Shown piece by piece: positions 29,706 to 42,089 of a stretch of DNA of 64,000 nucleotides. A model generated the notes under the pieces. That model had not been told where the DNA came from and did no database searches. It saw only the letters and a list, made by a program, of their open reading frames with translations. The DNA lies in the NCBI GenBank assembly GCA_963835025.1, contig CAWIEL010000062.1, forward strand, positions 2,005 to 66,004, read 5' to 3'. Numbering within the stretch: position 1 is the stretch's first letter; each line of letters begins with the position of its first letter. Both the position numbers and the translations under genes were made by a program. The DNA comes from an uncultured Acidobacteriota bacterium. Lineage in GTDB: Bacteria; Acidobacteriota; Terriglobia; Acidiferrales; UBA7541.

Positions 29706-32700
29706 CTAACCCAGCACCACGCGAAGCTGATAGATCTTGCCGTCGTCGGTAAGCGGCACATTCGCCGCGCCCGCTAGAATTTTTCCGTCGAGTTCGGTCA
29801 GCGCTACCCCCTTCGAAACGCTCGACGGATTTTCCACTTTAATTTTGTAGGTGGAGGAATGGTATCGGAATTCCATCGAATAGCCGGGCCAATTCCGGGG
29901 AATGCAGGGATCGATGGTCAGCATCATGCCGCGAACGCGCAGTCCCAGAATCCATTCGATTCCGCCGCGATACATCCATCCCGCCGAGCCGGAATACCAG
30001 GTCCAGCCGCCGCGGCCCAGGTGCGGATTTTCGGCGTAGACGTCTCCGGCCAATGCGTACGGCTCCGTTTTGTAACGCTGCACACGGACGCGCGAATTGG
30101 TGCGATTGATCGGATTCAAGAACCGGAACATTTCGGAAGCTTTATCGCCATCACCCAGCGCCGCGAACGCGATCATGGTCCACGTAGAAGCGTGCGTATA
30201 CTGCCCGCCGTTTTCGCGAATGCCGGGCAGGTAGCCCTTGATGTAGCCGGGGTCGTGCTGGGTGTGATTGAAAGGCGGAGTGAGCAGCAGGATCACACCT
30301 TCCGGGCGCTTCACCAGCAACTGATCGACGGCCGCCATGGCCCGAACGGCGCGACCGCGTTCGGCAGCTCCACTGATTACCGCCCACGACTGCGCGATAG
30401 CGTCGATCTTGCATTCATCGTTGGTCGACGACCCCAGCGGAGTGCCGTCATCGAAGTAGGCGCGGCGATACCATTCGCCGTCCCACCCTTCCCTTTCCAG
30501 TGCGGCCTTCAGCCCGCTCACATGAATGCGCCAGTTTTCCGCGCGCTGATGCTCACCGCGGGCATCGGCAAATTTCGCGAATTCCCACATCACGGTGTGC
30601 AGGAACCAGCCAAGCCAAACGCTCTCGCCCTTGCCGTCCTGCCCCACGCGATTCATGCCGTCATTCCAGTCACCGGTGCCCATCAGCGGCAAGCCGTGGC
30701 TGCCGACCGCGAGACTGCGGTCGATGGCACGGGCGCAGTGTTCGAAAATCGTGGCGCGCGTCTCCGAAACTCGGGGCTGGAAATATGATTCCAGCTGTCC
30801 TTCGGCAAGTTCATCGCCTTCGAGAAACGGAACCTGCTCTTCCAGCACGGTCATGTCGCCGGTGGCTTCGATGAATTGATTCACCACGTAAGGGAGCCAC
30901 AGCAAATCGTCGGACATGCGGGTGCGAATTCCGCGGCCGGAGGGCGGATGCCACCAGTGCTGCACGTCACCCTGAGTGAATTGATGCGCGGCGGAAAGCA
31001 GGATCTGGGCGCGCGCGACTCCGCGGCGCGCGACGCTGAGAGCCATAACGTCCTGCAGTTGGTCGCGGAAACCGTACGCGCCGCTAACCTGGTAGAACGC
31101 GGCGCGGGCCCAGATGCGGCAGGAAAGCGTTTGGTACAGCAGCCAGCGGTTGAGCAGCAGGTCCATGCTGGGATCCGGAGTCGTGACCTGCACGTTGCCC
31201 AACGTGTCGTCCCAGCGCCGCTTGACGTCCTCGATCACGGCGCTGAGATTTTCTTTGCGATAGCGATTCAGCAGGTCGCGGACACCATCTGCGTTTTCGG
31301 CTTGGCCCAGGAAGAAAACGATCTCGGATTGGGCTCCCGGCTTTAGCTCGATAGAAGTCTGTAGCACGCCGCAGGGATCGAAGCCGGCGCCGACTTTTCC
31401 GGAAAGCGCGGCGTTGCGGGCCAGCGCTGCGGGATATTCGAGCGAGCCGTTGCGTCCGAGGAATTCGGTGCGATCGCCGGTGAAGCCAGTTTGCTGGCCA
31501 CGAAAAGCGGCAAACGCCACGCGCCCGGCAAATTCGTTGTTCCACGCGCTGCGAGCCAGTAAAGCGCCCGACCGCGAATCCATCTCCGTGATGATGTAGG
31601 GCGCCGTGGCCCGCGAGCTCCCCAGAACCCATTCGACATAGGCGGTGATTGAAATTTTTCGTGGACGCCCCGAATCGTTTCGCACGGTGAGCCGCGAAAT
31701 CTTGATCGGATCTTCGGGCGGCACAAACTGCAGCAGGTCTAGAGTGATGCCGTGCGACGCGTGCTGGAAGACGCTGTAGCCCTGACCGTGGCGCGCGATG
31801 TAGGTCGCGGAATCGTCGCGAATGGGCAGCGCGGTTGGCGTCCACACTTCTCCGGTGGCTTCGTCGCGCACGTAGAGAACTTCGCCGGGTGTATCGAAGA
31901 CGTGATCGTTGGACCACGGCGTAATCTGATTCTCGTGGCTGTTCTCCGACCAGGTAAAGCCCGCGCCCGATTCGGAAACCATGAAGCCAAAATCGGGATT
32001 GGCAATCACGTTGATCCAAGGTTCTGGTGTGCGAATTCCTTCGTTGAGGATCGTCACGTACTCGCGGCCTTCTTGCGCGAAACCGCCCAGGCCGTTGAAA
32101 AATTTCAGAGCCTCGTGGGGCAGTTCGACATTCGCCTGGGTGGCGCCGCGCGCCGCACGGGGCGGAGCGCTGGCCAAAGTTTCGGCTTGCTGCGTGCGAG
32201 TGATCTGCTCGGCCAGCGTCCCGCGACGGCTGAGCAGCACGGCGCGAGCGACGACCTGGATCTGGGTGCGAATCTGGGAGGAAATGATGTCTCCGCGCAG
32301 CAGAAAAATCTTTCCGCTGGCGCCGCCAACATCCGGCGAGAGCCGGAGCTGGCTGCCGCGCACCAGCGACTCCAGCGAATCCTGCAAGTCCTGAATGTAG
32401 GAGGTGGCCTTCTCGTTGATGATCACCACATCGGCAGAAAGTTGCTTCATGCGCCAGTATTCGTGGGCGCGCAACAACTGGCGAATCATGCCGACGTCGT
32501 CCGCGTCGTCGACGCGGGCCAGAACGATTGGCAGATCTCCCGAAATTCCCTGGGACCAGAGGCTGGAGATTTCGAGCGGCGTGCGACTCAGCGCGTCCGA
32601 CGAAGGACGTAGCAAGGAGTCAACGTAAAGCACATCGTTGGCCAGGCGCTGGAACAGGATTGCCTCTTCAGAGGTGATGCCGAGGTGATTGAGCTGCACC

Positions 32701-35700
32701 TGGGCTTGGGTCCAGGCCAGCGTGATGGTGCGCTCAAAGGCGCGGCTGTCGCGATATTTATCAGCGAGGTCGATGGCTTCTTCGCGCGTCGCCGCGGCGA
32801 GCGTCGAAAATACCAGGCGCACCGTGGCGCCGGGTGGAACGCGGACTGTGCGCCGCAGGCTGAAAATCGGGTCGAGCACCGGACCGACCGTGTTCGAGAG
32901 CGGCCGCCCGTCCATGATCGAAACGGGGTCCTTCAGCGAGCGGGCGCGGCCGACGAAACGCGCCCGGTCGGTTTCATACTGCATCTCGCCTACCGGCTCG
33001 CCATCGGTGAACATCACGTGAGCGGCCCACACCGACGCTTCGTCGTTCGAGCGCTTGCGCCGAGTAGCCAGCAAGGCTCCAACATCCGGGGCGAATTCCG
33101 TTTCGACGAAGAGTTTGGCGAACGCGGGATGCGCCACGTCCGCGGCCTGAGTGGCCAATGACAATTCCGCGTAGGACGTGACCTGAATGTCGCGGCCGCG
33201 AATGCCAAGGTTGGTGATCGAGATTCGGCGAACTTCAGTGTCGTCTTCGGAGGAGACCACCACATCGAGCTGGGTGGTGATGCTGCGGTCACGCCGGATG
33301 ATTTCTGCGTGATCCTCGAAGAAAACGGCCTCGTAGCTATCCGGTTCGACGATGGTCGGCTGATAGCCGGCGGACCAGACCGTGCCAGTTTGTTCGTCGC
33401 GCAGAAAAATATACTGGCCCCAGGAATCGCGGGTGGGATCTTCGCGCCAGCGAGTGATGGCGATATCGCGCCAGCGGCTGTAGCCCGAACCGGCGGAGGT
33501 GAGCATCACGCCGTAGCGGCCGTTTGAGAGCAGATGGGTGCGCGGCGTGGGTTCGTTGGGCAATCCGAATTTGCGGACGACCGGCGCGACCATTTCGCGG
33601 ATGCGCGACGCGGCTGAAACTTCTTCGGCTCGCGGACGGGCGACCAGCACGTCGCGCGGGGTGCGTTCCTGCAGGAGCAATTCGGTCGCCTGCACGATCG
33701 GCTCGGAATGAAACCGGTTTTTCATCGCGCCGTTGGTCAGCACGTCGGCAAAGGCCATCAACGACATGCCTTGGTGATGGGCCATGTAAGCGTGAATCAC
33801 CGCGACCTCTTTGCCCTCCGGGACGCGGGTCTTGGTGTAATCAAGCGACTCGTAAAAGCCGTACGCCCACGCCCGCCGACTTTGGCGATGCGCTCCAAGT
33901 TCTGGACCGCGTCGGCAGGCTTGATCATCGCAGCCAGCGCGGTGGCGTAAGGTGCGATGACCAAATCTTCGCTGAGGCCGCGTTTCAAACCCAAGCCAGG
34001 AACGCCGAAGCTCGAATACTGGTAGGTGAAATCGATGTCGCGGACGTTGAACGCCGATTCGGAAATTCCCCAGGGCACGCCGCGCTCGGTGCCGTATTCC
34101 ATCTGGCGGAAAATGACGTGCTCGTAGGTCTGATACAGCATGCTTTCTTCCGGCGAACGCATCACCAGCGCGGGCATCAGGTATTCGAACATCGAGCCGG
34201 ACCACGAAATCAGCGCCGAGCCGCGGCCCACCGGGGTGAGCGCGCGGCCCAGGCGAAACCAGTGCGACGACGGAACTTCACCCTTGGCCACGGCAATGAA
34301 ACTGGTCAGGCGCGCTTCGGAAGCGAGCAAGTCGTAGCAACTCGCGTCGAGCGTGGCGTCACCGGGACGGAAGCCGATGGAGAAAAGTTTGCGCGGTTCG
34401 TCGTACAGAAATCGAAAATCCATGCCGGAGAAAAGCGTGTCGGCGGTGTGGGCGACATTCAGCAGCCGTTTAGACAGAGCGGCGGCATCGTGCGCCGCGC
34501 CATCCAGCGCGATGATCCACTGATTGATGCGTTCGATCAATTCGAGGTCCGGCGATTGCGCCGCCAGAATTTGCGCGCGCATGTCGGTCAGTTTTCGCGA
34601 AGCTTCCTCAAAACATTCAGGCGCGGTCTCGATTGTGGGCAGCGCATGGAAAAAAGATTCGATCGCGTCCCATTCGGGCGCGCGTCCCGGCGCGGTTTCG
34701 GCCAGCGTGCGGACGTATTTGTCGTCGAGGCGCAGCATGGGCAGCAGGATGCGGGCGTCGCGCGCGTGGGATTCAATGCAGGCGCGCGCGGCTTCGCTCC
34801 AGATACGAAGTTCGGAATCCGCCGGCTCACCGAGTTCCTGCGAGAAGGTTTGAGCCACATCGGAAACAGTTTGAGCGCGTTCGCGAAGGTCAACGAACCG
34901 GCGCGCCCAATCCCGCGCGCCGACCGGCACAGGGTCGAGGATGGCCGCCAGCGCGTCGATTGCGTTACTCAGCTGCTTGCGGCTGACGGTGTGGGTACGT
35001 CGTGCGTCGGTGATATTGGCCAACGATTCTCGCAGCAAGAACAGCGCGTCTTCGACGCCGACAAAGATGCTCGGGTCGAGTGAAAGCTTCTCGCTGGCGT
35101 CGCGGCAAGCGCGCGTGACCACCAGCAAATGTCCGGCCAGATTTCCGCTGTCGACGCTGGAAATATATTTCGGCTCTAAAGGCTGCAGGCGGACCGTGTC
35201 GTACCAGTTATAGAAATGGCCGCGATAGAGTTCCAGCTGGCCCAGCGTGTGGAAAGTAGCTTCCAGTCTTTCGACGGCTTCTTCCGTGCCGATCCAACCG
35301 AGGTCGGTGGCGCAGAAATTCGACAACAGGCAAAGACCGATATTGGTTGGCGAAGTACGATGTGCGACGACCGGCTTTGGATCTTCCTGGAAGTTGTCCG
35401 GCGGAAGCCAGTGATCGACATCGCTGACAAATTTCTCGAAGAAGCGCCAGGTGCGGCGGGACATCGAACGTATTGCCCGCGTGTCGCTTACCGAAACCGG
35501 TTCGGCGTCCTGCGCCGGAGGAGGCAAGCTGATCCAACGGGCCACCGCCGGAGCGGCAACCCAGAGCATCGCGAAGGCAATGGCCGGCTCCAGAGCCGTC
35601 CGGTGAACGAGGCGCACCGCGATGACCGCGGCGAGGGCCAGCAGCACGCCGCCGGACATTCGTTTGTAAACCCCGGTAATTTTTAGATCCACGGCATGGC

Positions 35701-38506
35701 GGGCCTGCGCGGCGGTAACCCACTCCAACATTTTTTTCTGGGTGAAGAAGACGCGCGACAGAGTGCGCACGATCGCGTCACCCATCAGCCAGGCCTGGAA
35801 CGAAATTAAGGTTACGGTCAGGCCAATCTGCGTCACTCCCAAGGACAAATCGGAAAGCACATGGCGCAGGTAGCTGCGTTTTGAAATACCGCCGAAACGC
35901 GGATTCAGCCCGACCAGAAAAGGAATTAGCGGAGGAACCGCGATCATGGTCAGCACGAAGCGCGTCCACATCCAGGGCGAAACATGCGGGATCATCCACC
36001 CGACCACCATGGTCAGGAACATGGCCGGAGCGGAGAGCGTGCGACGCAAGTTATCGATCATCTTCCAGCGGCTGATGGCCGGAATCGAAATGCGGCCGCG
36101 GTCGCCCTGGGAACTTTTGCCGTAGCCTAAAATCCAGGGAAGCAATTGCCAGTCGCCGCGGGCCCAACGATGCTGGCGCAGCGCGGCGGCTTCGTAGTGC
36201 GAGGGAAATTCGTCGAAGAGTTCGATATCGGAGGCGAGTGCCGCGCGGGCGAAGGTACCTTCGAACAAGTCGTGGCTGAGCAGCGTATTTTCGGCGACCT
36301 TGCCTTCGATCGATTGCTCGAAAGCATCCAGGTCGTAGATGCCCTTCCCGGTGAACGATCCCTCGCGGAATAAATCCTGGTACACATCGGAAACCGCGGC
36401 GGCATAGGGATCGATTCCGCTGGGTCCGGAGAAAATTCTCTGGAAGACGGAACCTTCGTGGCTGGTGGGCAACGAAGGAGTGACGCGCGGCTGCACGATT
36501 CCGTAGCCATCTACAACCCGCCCGAGCTTTTCGTCGAACGCCGGGCTGTTCAGTGGATGGGCCATGGTGCCGACCAGCCGGCTCACGGTCCCACGCGGCA
36601 GGCGGGTATCGGCGTCGAGGGTAACTACGTATCGAATGTTCTGAAGGGAACGAAAGTCTTGCCCAGGAATATCAATAAACGAAGTTTCGGTCGAGCCGCG
36701 CAGCAGGCGGTTGAACTCCTGAAGCTTTCCCCGCTTGCGTTCCCAGCCCATCCATTTGCCTTCTTGCTGGTTCCACTGGCGTTTGCGATGAAAGAGAAAA
36801 AAGCGCGCGCCACCGCCGGGCGCAGGCCCGTGACTCTTATTCAATTCGGCCATCGCGGTGATCGCCGTTTCGAGCAGCTCGTCGTCGCCGGCAGCCGTTT
36901 CGGCGTCAGAATCGGTCCAGTCAGTGAGCAGCGCGAAACGCAAATCGCCGTCCGGATTGGCGAGGTAATGAATCTCCAGGTCGTCGACGTTCGCCTTGGT
37001 GCTGCGCGTCGAAGTCAGCAGTGTAGGCACGACCACGATGGTGCGCAGCGCTTCCGGTACGCCTTCCCGAAATTCCAATCGCGGCAGAGTTCGCGGGCCT
37101 AGAAGATCCGTGACCACCCGATTGATCAGCGCGATGGCCAGATCGGACGCCGGAATTGCGGCGAGCACAGCCATCAACACGAGATAAGGCACGGCCAGGC
37201 CTAGTGACTTTGCGTGGCTCAGCGGGATGGCCAGAATAATCGCGGTGAGAATCGCAATGGTCCCGAGGTAACCCGCTACCGCGTGGCGGACATACTGGCG
37301 CAATAATTCGCGGCGCCAGCGAATTTTGAATCCCAGCTCCTTCTCGAAATCGCTGCGGCCATGCGAAATCAGGTAGTAGCCGGGGTCGGCCCGGCGAGCA
37401 TCTGCCGCGTGGCCATTGCCTTGCGATTCACCCCGCGCGCGCTTGGCACGCTGCACCGCACGTTCGGCGATCTCGATTTCACTGTGTTTCGATCCGCGGG
37501 CCAAGTCTTCGATGGCGTGGCGGTAATAGTCGCGCGTGGCAAAATCCATCTGCTCGAAATTGCTGCCTTCGCGCAACGCGGCGTCGACCAGGCTGATGCT
37601 TTCGAAAAAAGTGTGCCAGTCGAATTCGGACGTGAGCCGCATGCTGGTGATGATGTTGCGCACCGTCACCGTCATGGCCGCTTGTTCCTGGTGCTCGGCG
37701 CGCACGATTTCGTCGGAGGTCGTTCCCTGCGCGTGCAGCCGTTCGTCGAGCCAGGTAAGAATGGGGCCGACCTTGGGATCGAGGTCGCGCAGACGCTGAA
37801 TCAGGCGTACGGCGAAAGCGCGGTCGAGCGGCTCATCGCCGAAGCTGCGCAGTACCGCGTCGGGAGAGACGGCTTGCTGGCCGCCGGTGCCGAGAGCGCT
37901 GTCGGCCAGCGCGTCAGCCTGTAAACGCGCATTGCGGCTGCGCACGATGCGTTCCGCGATGCGCCGCAGATTCTCGACCATCACGATGCGGATGATGATC
38001 GCCACCGCCCAGAGTTCGCCGATGGTCAGCGGCTGAACGCGCTGATAAGCCATCACGAACCGGTGCAGCACCTCTGGATCCAGCCGGCTGTCGGTGTGCG
38101 CGACGTAGGCCCAGGCGACTCCGTAAACGCGCGGGTAACCCTCGAGATGGCCGGACGCCAGTTTGGGCAGTTTGCGATAAAAACCGACCGGCAAATCGTC
38201 GCGAATTTCGCGCAACTGCTCTTCGACGATGTAGAAATTATCGAGAAGCCATTCGGCGGCGGGCGTGATGCTCTGCTCGAGTTCCACCGCGTGCGCGGTG
38301 GCCCGGTAATATTCCAGCAGACGCCGTCCATTTTCGAGGACGCGTGGAAGCAGAGGCCGTCCAGGAGCCGATTCCGAGTCGACCACGTCCTGCGCCGCTG
38401 CCAGGCTCTCGGCATGCTGCTCCAGGCGCTCGGCGCTGAAAAGTTCGGCGCGAATCGGCTCTTCAGCGGGGGCCGCGATGACCGGCGGAGCGGACGATGT
38501 ACTCAT
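29706..38506 (-). CDS. cgs: Cyclic beta-1,2-glucan synthase-like giant protein (TM region + GT84 + GH94-like phosphorylase domain), interrupted by one frameshift near 33860-33900
   Basis: Two long ORFs in different frames (33797-38506 and 29706-34205) join at ..RIAKVGG / YGFYESLDYTKTR. The N-terminus reads LFSAERLEQHAESLA, followed by TM helices. The GT motifs are DADTRLPRG and QHRWARGDWQL. The C-terminal GH94-type motifs are RTRMSDDLLWLPY, YGFRDQLQD and GGQYTHA. Total length is about 2,930 codons, as in Cgs/NdvB/ChvB. Confidence 0.85.
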
Positions 38507-38752
38507 CGCGCGGGGCAGCCCGAATTGTTAGGAAGGTAAGTCACACTTGTCGCCTCAGGAACGTATGGAGAGTTTCCCGTAGGATTTTCCTTGTTCCTTA
38601 ACGGAATGGCAATACAGCCCGAACGAAAATCCGCTGCAGGGAATTTCCCCGGAGCCTAGGGGCAAATCTGTATGGCCGATACCGCAGTTCCCTACCACAA
38701 TCGAGGCAGGTACCAGCACGGCGGTCGGAGCTCGCATCACTTCGGAGAATTA

Positions 38753-38908
38753 ATGCTTCTGCTCATCTTGACGATTGTCTTGATTATTGCGCTGGTGGGT
38801 TCGATCCCGAAGTGGCCGCACAGCCGCAGCTGGGGCTATTTCCCTAGCGGTGGGGTTGGGTTGATTCTGGTGATTCTCCTTGTCTTGTACTTGATGGGTC
38901 TGTTATAG
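38753..38908 (+). CDS. DUF3309 small membrane protein
   Basis: MLLLILTIVLIIALVGSIPKWPHSRSWGYFPSGGVGLILVILLVLYLMGLL fits the characteristic PxWPYSRxWGY pattern. Confidence 0.65.
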   Translation: MLLLILTIVLIIALVGSIPKWPHSRSWGYFPSGGVGLILVILLVLYLMGLL

Positions 38909-39107
38909 CTTTCTCCCCAATTTTTTCAGTTTGCCCCATCCCGCCTGCGCTGAACTGCGTACATCTACGGGTGGCGTGCGCGCGCAGGTTTCTCCCGAAT
39001 CGTTGGAGCGGAGAGAATCAACGCGTCGGGTTCCCATTGAGACGGTATAATCACAGAATATTTTCGGCCCTGATGACACTTCGGGACACTTCAGGGCAAA
39101 TCGGGAT

Positions 39108-40607
39108 ATGACGTCTTCAGACACGCCGGAAACGAATCGACGCCTCGACACCTGGAAGGAGATAGGTGCGTTCTTTGGGCGCGATGAACGCACCGTCAAG
39201 CGCTGGGAAGTAACCCGCGGGCTTCCGGTGCACCGCGTGCCGGGCGCCGGCCGCGCCAACGTCTACGCCAACTCCAACGAACTGGAAGAGTGGCTCAAAG
39301 GCAAGCGAATCGCCGCCGGAAGCGAATTGGATACCGACGCAGCGGTGGAGTCGGACCCGGCCGTTTTTCCTGATCCGCTCCAGCTCGATGACTCCGGTGT
39401 GGAATCCGCGGCGGTCGATGCCGCACGGTTTTCCGCCGAACGGCGACTCGGCGAACGTCGAAGCGCGAATTCCGGGGTTTCATCGGCGGCTGGTCTGCGT
39501 GGTTCCCCCACTCTCCGTCTGGGCGCTATCGGGCTGGTGCTGGTCGCTGCGCTCGCGGTCGTCATCGGGATCGCCTGGCGCAACTCCTCCGTTCGTGCGG
39601 CGCGTGGTTTGGCCGCGGCCGCGAAACCCCGAACCATCGATCCCGAAGCGGAGCAGCTCTACCTGAAGGGCCTTTTTTATTTCAATAAACGCACCCCCGA
39701 GTCTTTGAATCAGGCCGTGGACTATTTCACTCAAGCGGTCGTACGCGATCCTCAATATGCCGAAGCCTACGTGGGCATGGCCGACTGCTACAACCTGCTG
39801 CGCGAATACTCGCTGATGCCTCCCGAAGAGGCTTACCCCCGTGCGGCTGCAGCTGCGAAACGCGCCATCGCCCTCGACGATTCGCTTTCCGGCGCGCACA
39901 GTGCGCTGGCCTTTGTGGATTTCTACTGGTCCTGGGATGTTCCGGGCGCCGAGCGCGAATTCCAGCGGGCGCTCGCGCTGGACCCGAATTCGGTCGTCGC
40001 GCATCACTGGTATGCGACCTACCTGCTGCACCTGGGACGGTTCAAGGAATCGCTCGACGAAATCGACAAAGCGCAAAAGCTGGATCCCAAATCGACGGCG
40101 ATTCTGGCTGACCAGGGTGTAATTCTTTTTTACGACGGGCGTACGGAAGAAGCGGTAGCGCAACTGAAACAGTTGGAAGCCATCGAGCCGAGCTTTCTTT
40201 CGCCGCATACTTATCTGGCGATGATTTATCTTTCGACCGAAAATTATCAGCTGTTTCTGGAACAGTCCAAGAAGGCTGCCACGATTCTGCACGACTCCTC
40301 GGCCCTAGCGATCGTAGCCGCCGGAGAAAAAGGACTGGCTTCGAGTGGAGGCCGCGGAATGCTGGCGGCCATGCTGAAGGAACAGCAGGCCCTGCATGCC
40401 TCCGGAAAAGAGCACGCTTTCGCGCTGGCCCAAACGGCCGCGCTGCTAGGACGCAAGCGCGAAGCGCTCGATCATCTGGAAGAATCTTACTCGAAGCGCG
40501 AGCCGGAAATTGTCGCGTTGCGCATCGATGCTATGCTGGCCAGCCTGCACGACGATCCGCGCTTCCGCGATATAATCGCGAAAGTCGGACTCCCCGCACT
40601 GCCTTAG
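39108..40607 (+). CDS. Membrane-spanning regulator: N-terminal excisionase/MerR-like HTH, one TM, C-terminal TPR repeats
   Basis: The HTH-like segment is TWKEIGAFFGRDERTVKRWEVTRGLPVHRV. The TM helix is LRLGAIGLVLVAALAVVIGIAW. TPR units include AEAYVGMADCY, SGAHSALAFVDF and VVAHHWYATYLLHLGRFKESL. Confidence 0.7.
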   Translation: MTSSDTPETNRRLDTWKEIGAFFGRDERTVKRWEVTRGLPVHRVPGAGRANVYANSNELEEWLKGKRIAAGSELDTDAAVESDPAVFPDPLQLDDSGVESAAVDAARFSAERRLGERRSANSGVSSAAGLRGSPTLRLGAIGLVLVAALAVVIGIAWRNSSVRAARGLAAAAKPRTIDPEAEQLYLKGLFYFNKRTPESLNQAVDYFTQAVVRDPQYAEAYVGMADCYNLLREYSLMPPEEAYPRAAAAAKRAIALDDSLSGAHSALAFVDFYWSWDVPGAEREFQRALALDPNSVVAHHWYATYLLHLGRFKESLDEIDKAQKLDPKSTAILADQGVILFYDGRTEEAVAQLKQLEAIEPSFLSPHTYLAMIYLSTENYQLFLEQSKKAATILHDSSALAIVAAGEKGLASSGGRGMLAAMLKEQQALHASGKEHAFALAQTAALLGRKREALDHLEESYSKREPEIVALRIDAMLASLHDDPRFRDIIAKVGLPALP

Positions 40608-40649
40608 GGAAATTCCCCGCTTCGAAGGTTTGCCGAGTCGAAAATATTC

Positions 40650-41918
40650 CTAGGCCGAAACCGACTTGGGCCCTGCTGCGGCCAAACCCAATTGCGAACG
40701 CCCCAGCGGAGTCAGATCCGCCTCAGTAGCACGGCCCTTGAAATCCACTTCGAAATTATCCGGCGCGAAATCCGGTGGTGTCTTCCCGGAGAGAAAGGCC
40801 GGTGCCTGGCGCTGGAGGTACGCGGAATTCTTGGCGCAGCCCGGCGTCGAAGCGATGTACATCACGTTGCTGTAACCCTTGCCGCGATGCTCGTTTTCAA
40901 CCGCGTGAATCAAATCGGAGTGCCAGAAAACCGTATCGCCCGGCTCCATTAGCGGAATGGACGAGACCGCCTGAATCAACAAGCTGTGATACTGCGGATT
41001 GATCGAAAGCGCGCGGCCGGGCTGCGCTCCGCAAAGATCGTCTTCCGGTACATCGTCCTGCAGCGCACGCAGCAGAACGTAAACCATGGCATCTGCGATC
41101 GGAATCAGTTGCAGCGTGCCATCACCTTGGCCTTGGCGGGTTAAAGCCGTCCAGCCTTGAAACGTGCGGAACATCGAACAAACCGCGGGCGACGAAACTT
41201 CCTGCACGTCGGGACGCCAGGCAGCGTCGAACGCATTATATTTTTTCCAGTCGCCCGAGAAAACGTGGCGATACACGTTGCGGAAGTTGCCGTCGAGCCA
41301 GCGTTCCACTGAGCCGCCATCAACGTGGGGCGAAAGACCGAGCGACGCCGAGCCGGCCGGGCGCCGGCGAATGCGGTCCGCGTACGCCGGAGTTTCGCTC
41401 GCGTCGAAGTGGCGCTTCCCTTCGCTCTCCGCCTGCCAGAGTTGGTTCAGAAACACGCGCACTTTGGTTAACGATTCGGATTGGCGCGCCTCGACCTGCG
41501 GCCGCGACCAGTAGATGCCGTAAATCTGCGGCTTGGCCGAAGCCAGCGTGCCGAAATATTTGTCTTCGGCGGCGTTGGCCAATTTCGCGTCGAGGCCATT
41601 CTCTTCGACATAGCGTTCAATTTCGCGATCCCAAGCTTCCGCCTGCGCCGGGTCGAAAGTTCGACGGATAACGCACGCGCCGCGCTCTTTGATGTTGTTC
41701 GCCACCGAAGCCGGCACGGTGCCAGCCGCAATGTCGGAATACTGCACGATGGGAATCACCGCCTTCCCCGCGTTGCGCTCCGCCACAATTTTGTCCACGC
41801 GCCGGCGCATCTCCGCTTCCACTTCGCCGAAGACCGAGGCGTAATTCGGCAGCTTCGCGCGCAGCGCCTTCTTGGTGTCGCGTACCATCTCAGGCAAATT
41901 CCCAATTTCCAGTGACAT
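40650..41918 (-). CDS. DUF1479 (YbiU-like) protein, putative Fe(II)/2-oxoglutarate-type oxygenase fold
   Basis: 422 aa, the same length class as E. coli YbiU. Blocks LSPHVDGGSVERWLD, FRTFQGWTAL and VFWHSDLIHAVE are recalled as DUF1479-like. Confidence 0.6.
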   Translation of the reverse strand: MSLEIGNLPEMVRDTKKALRAKLPNYASVFGEVEAEMRRRVDKIVAERNAGKAVIPIVQYSDIAAGTVPASVANNIKERGACVIRRTFDPAQAEAWDREIERYVEENGLDAKLANAAEDKYFGTLASAKPQIYGIYWSRPQVEARQSESLTKVRVFLNQLWQAESEGKRHFDASETPAYADRIRRRPAGSASLGLSPHVDGGSVERWLDGNFRNVYRHVFSGDWKKYNAFDAAWRPDVQEVSSPAVCSMFRTFQGWTALTRQGQGDGTLQLIPIADAMVYVLLRALQDDVPEDDLCGAQPGRALSINPQYHSLLIQAVSSIPLMEPGDTVFWHSDLIHAVENEHRGKGYSNVMYIASTPGCAKNSAYLQRQAPAFLSGKTPPDFAPDNFEVDFKGRATEADLTPLGRSQLGLAAAGPKSVSA

Positions 41919-42089
41919 GCTGATCTCCTATATGCAGCGGAGCGAGGACCGCTACTGTGTAGCACTTTTGCCGGTCGTTTTCCACTTCTCGTCCAGCCAG
42001 CGGCGTGGCCGAAGCGCCGGAGGTTGAAACTATGCCTGTCTGGGTTTAGCCTGTGGCGGTAGTCAAAGAATCAGAGAAGGAGACGCGCT

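Noticed and set aside
33524-35083. 519-aa plus-strand ORF inside cgs
   Set aside because: It is antisense to a region with clear Cgs-type sequence. Its composition is dominated by R, A and G, and it has no domain signature. Other long antisense ORFs in cgs (29859-30788, 31752-32612, 37361-37924) are rejected for the same reason.
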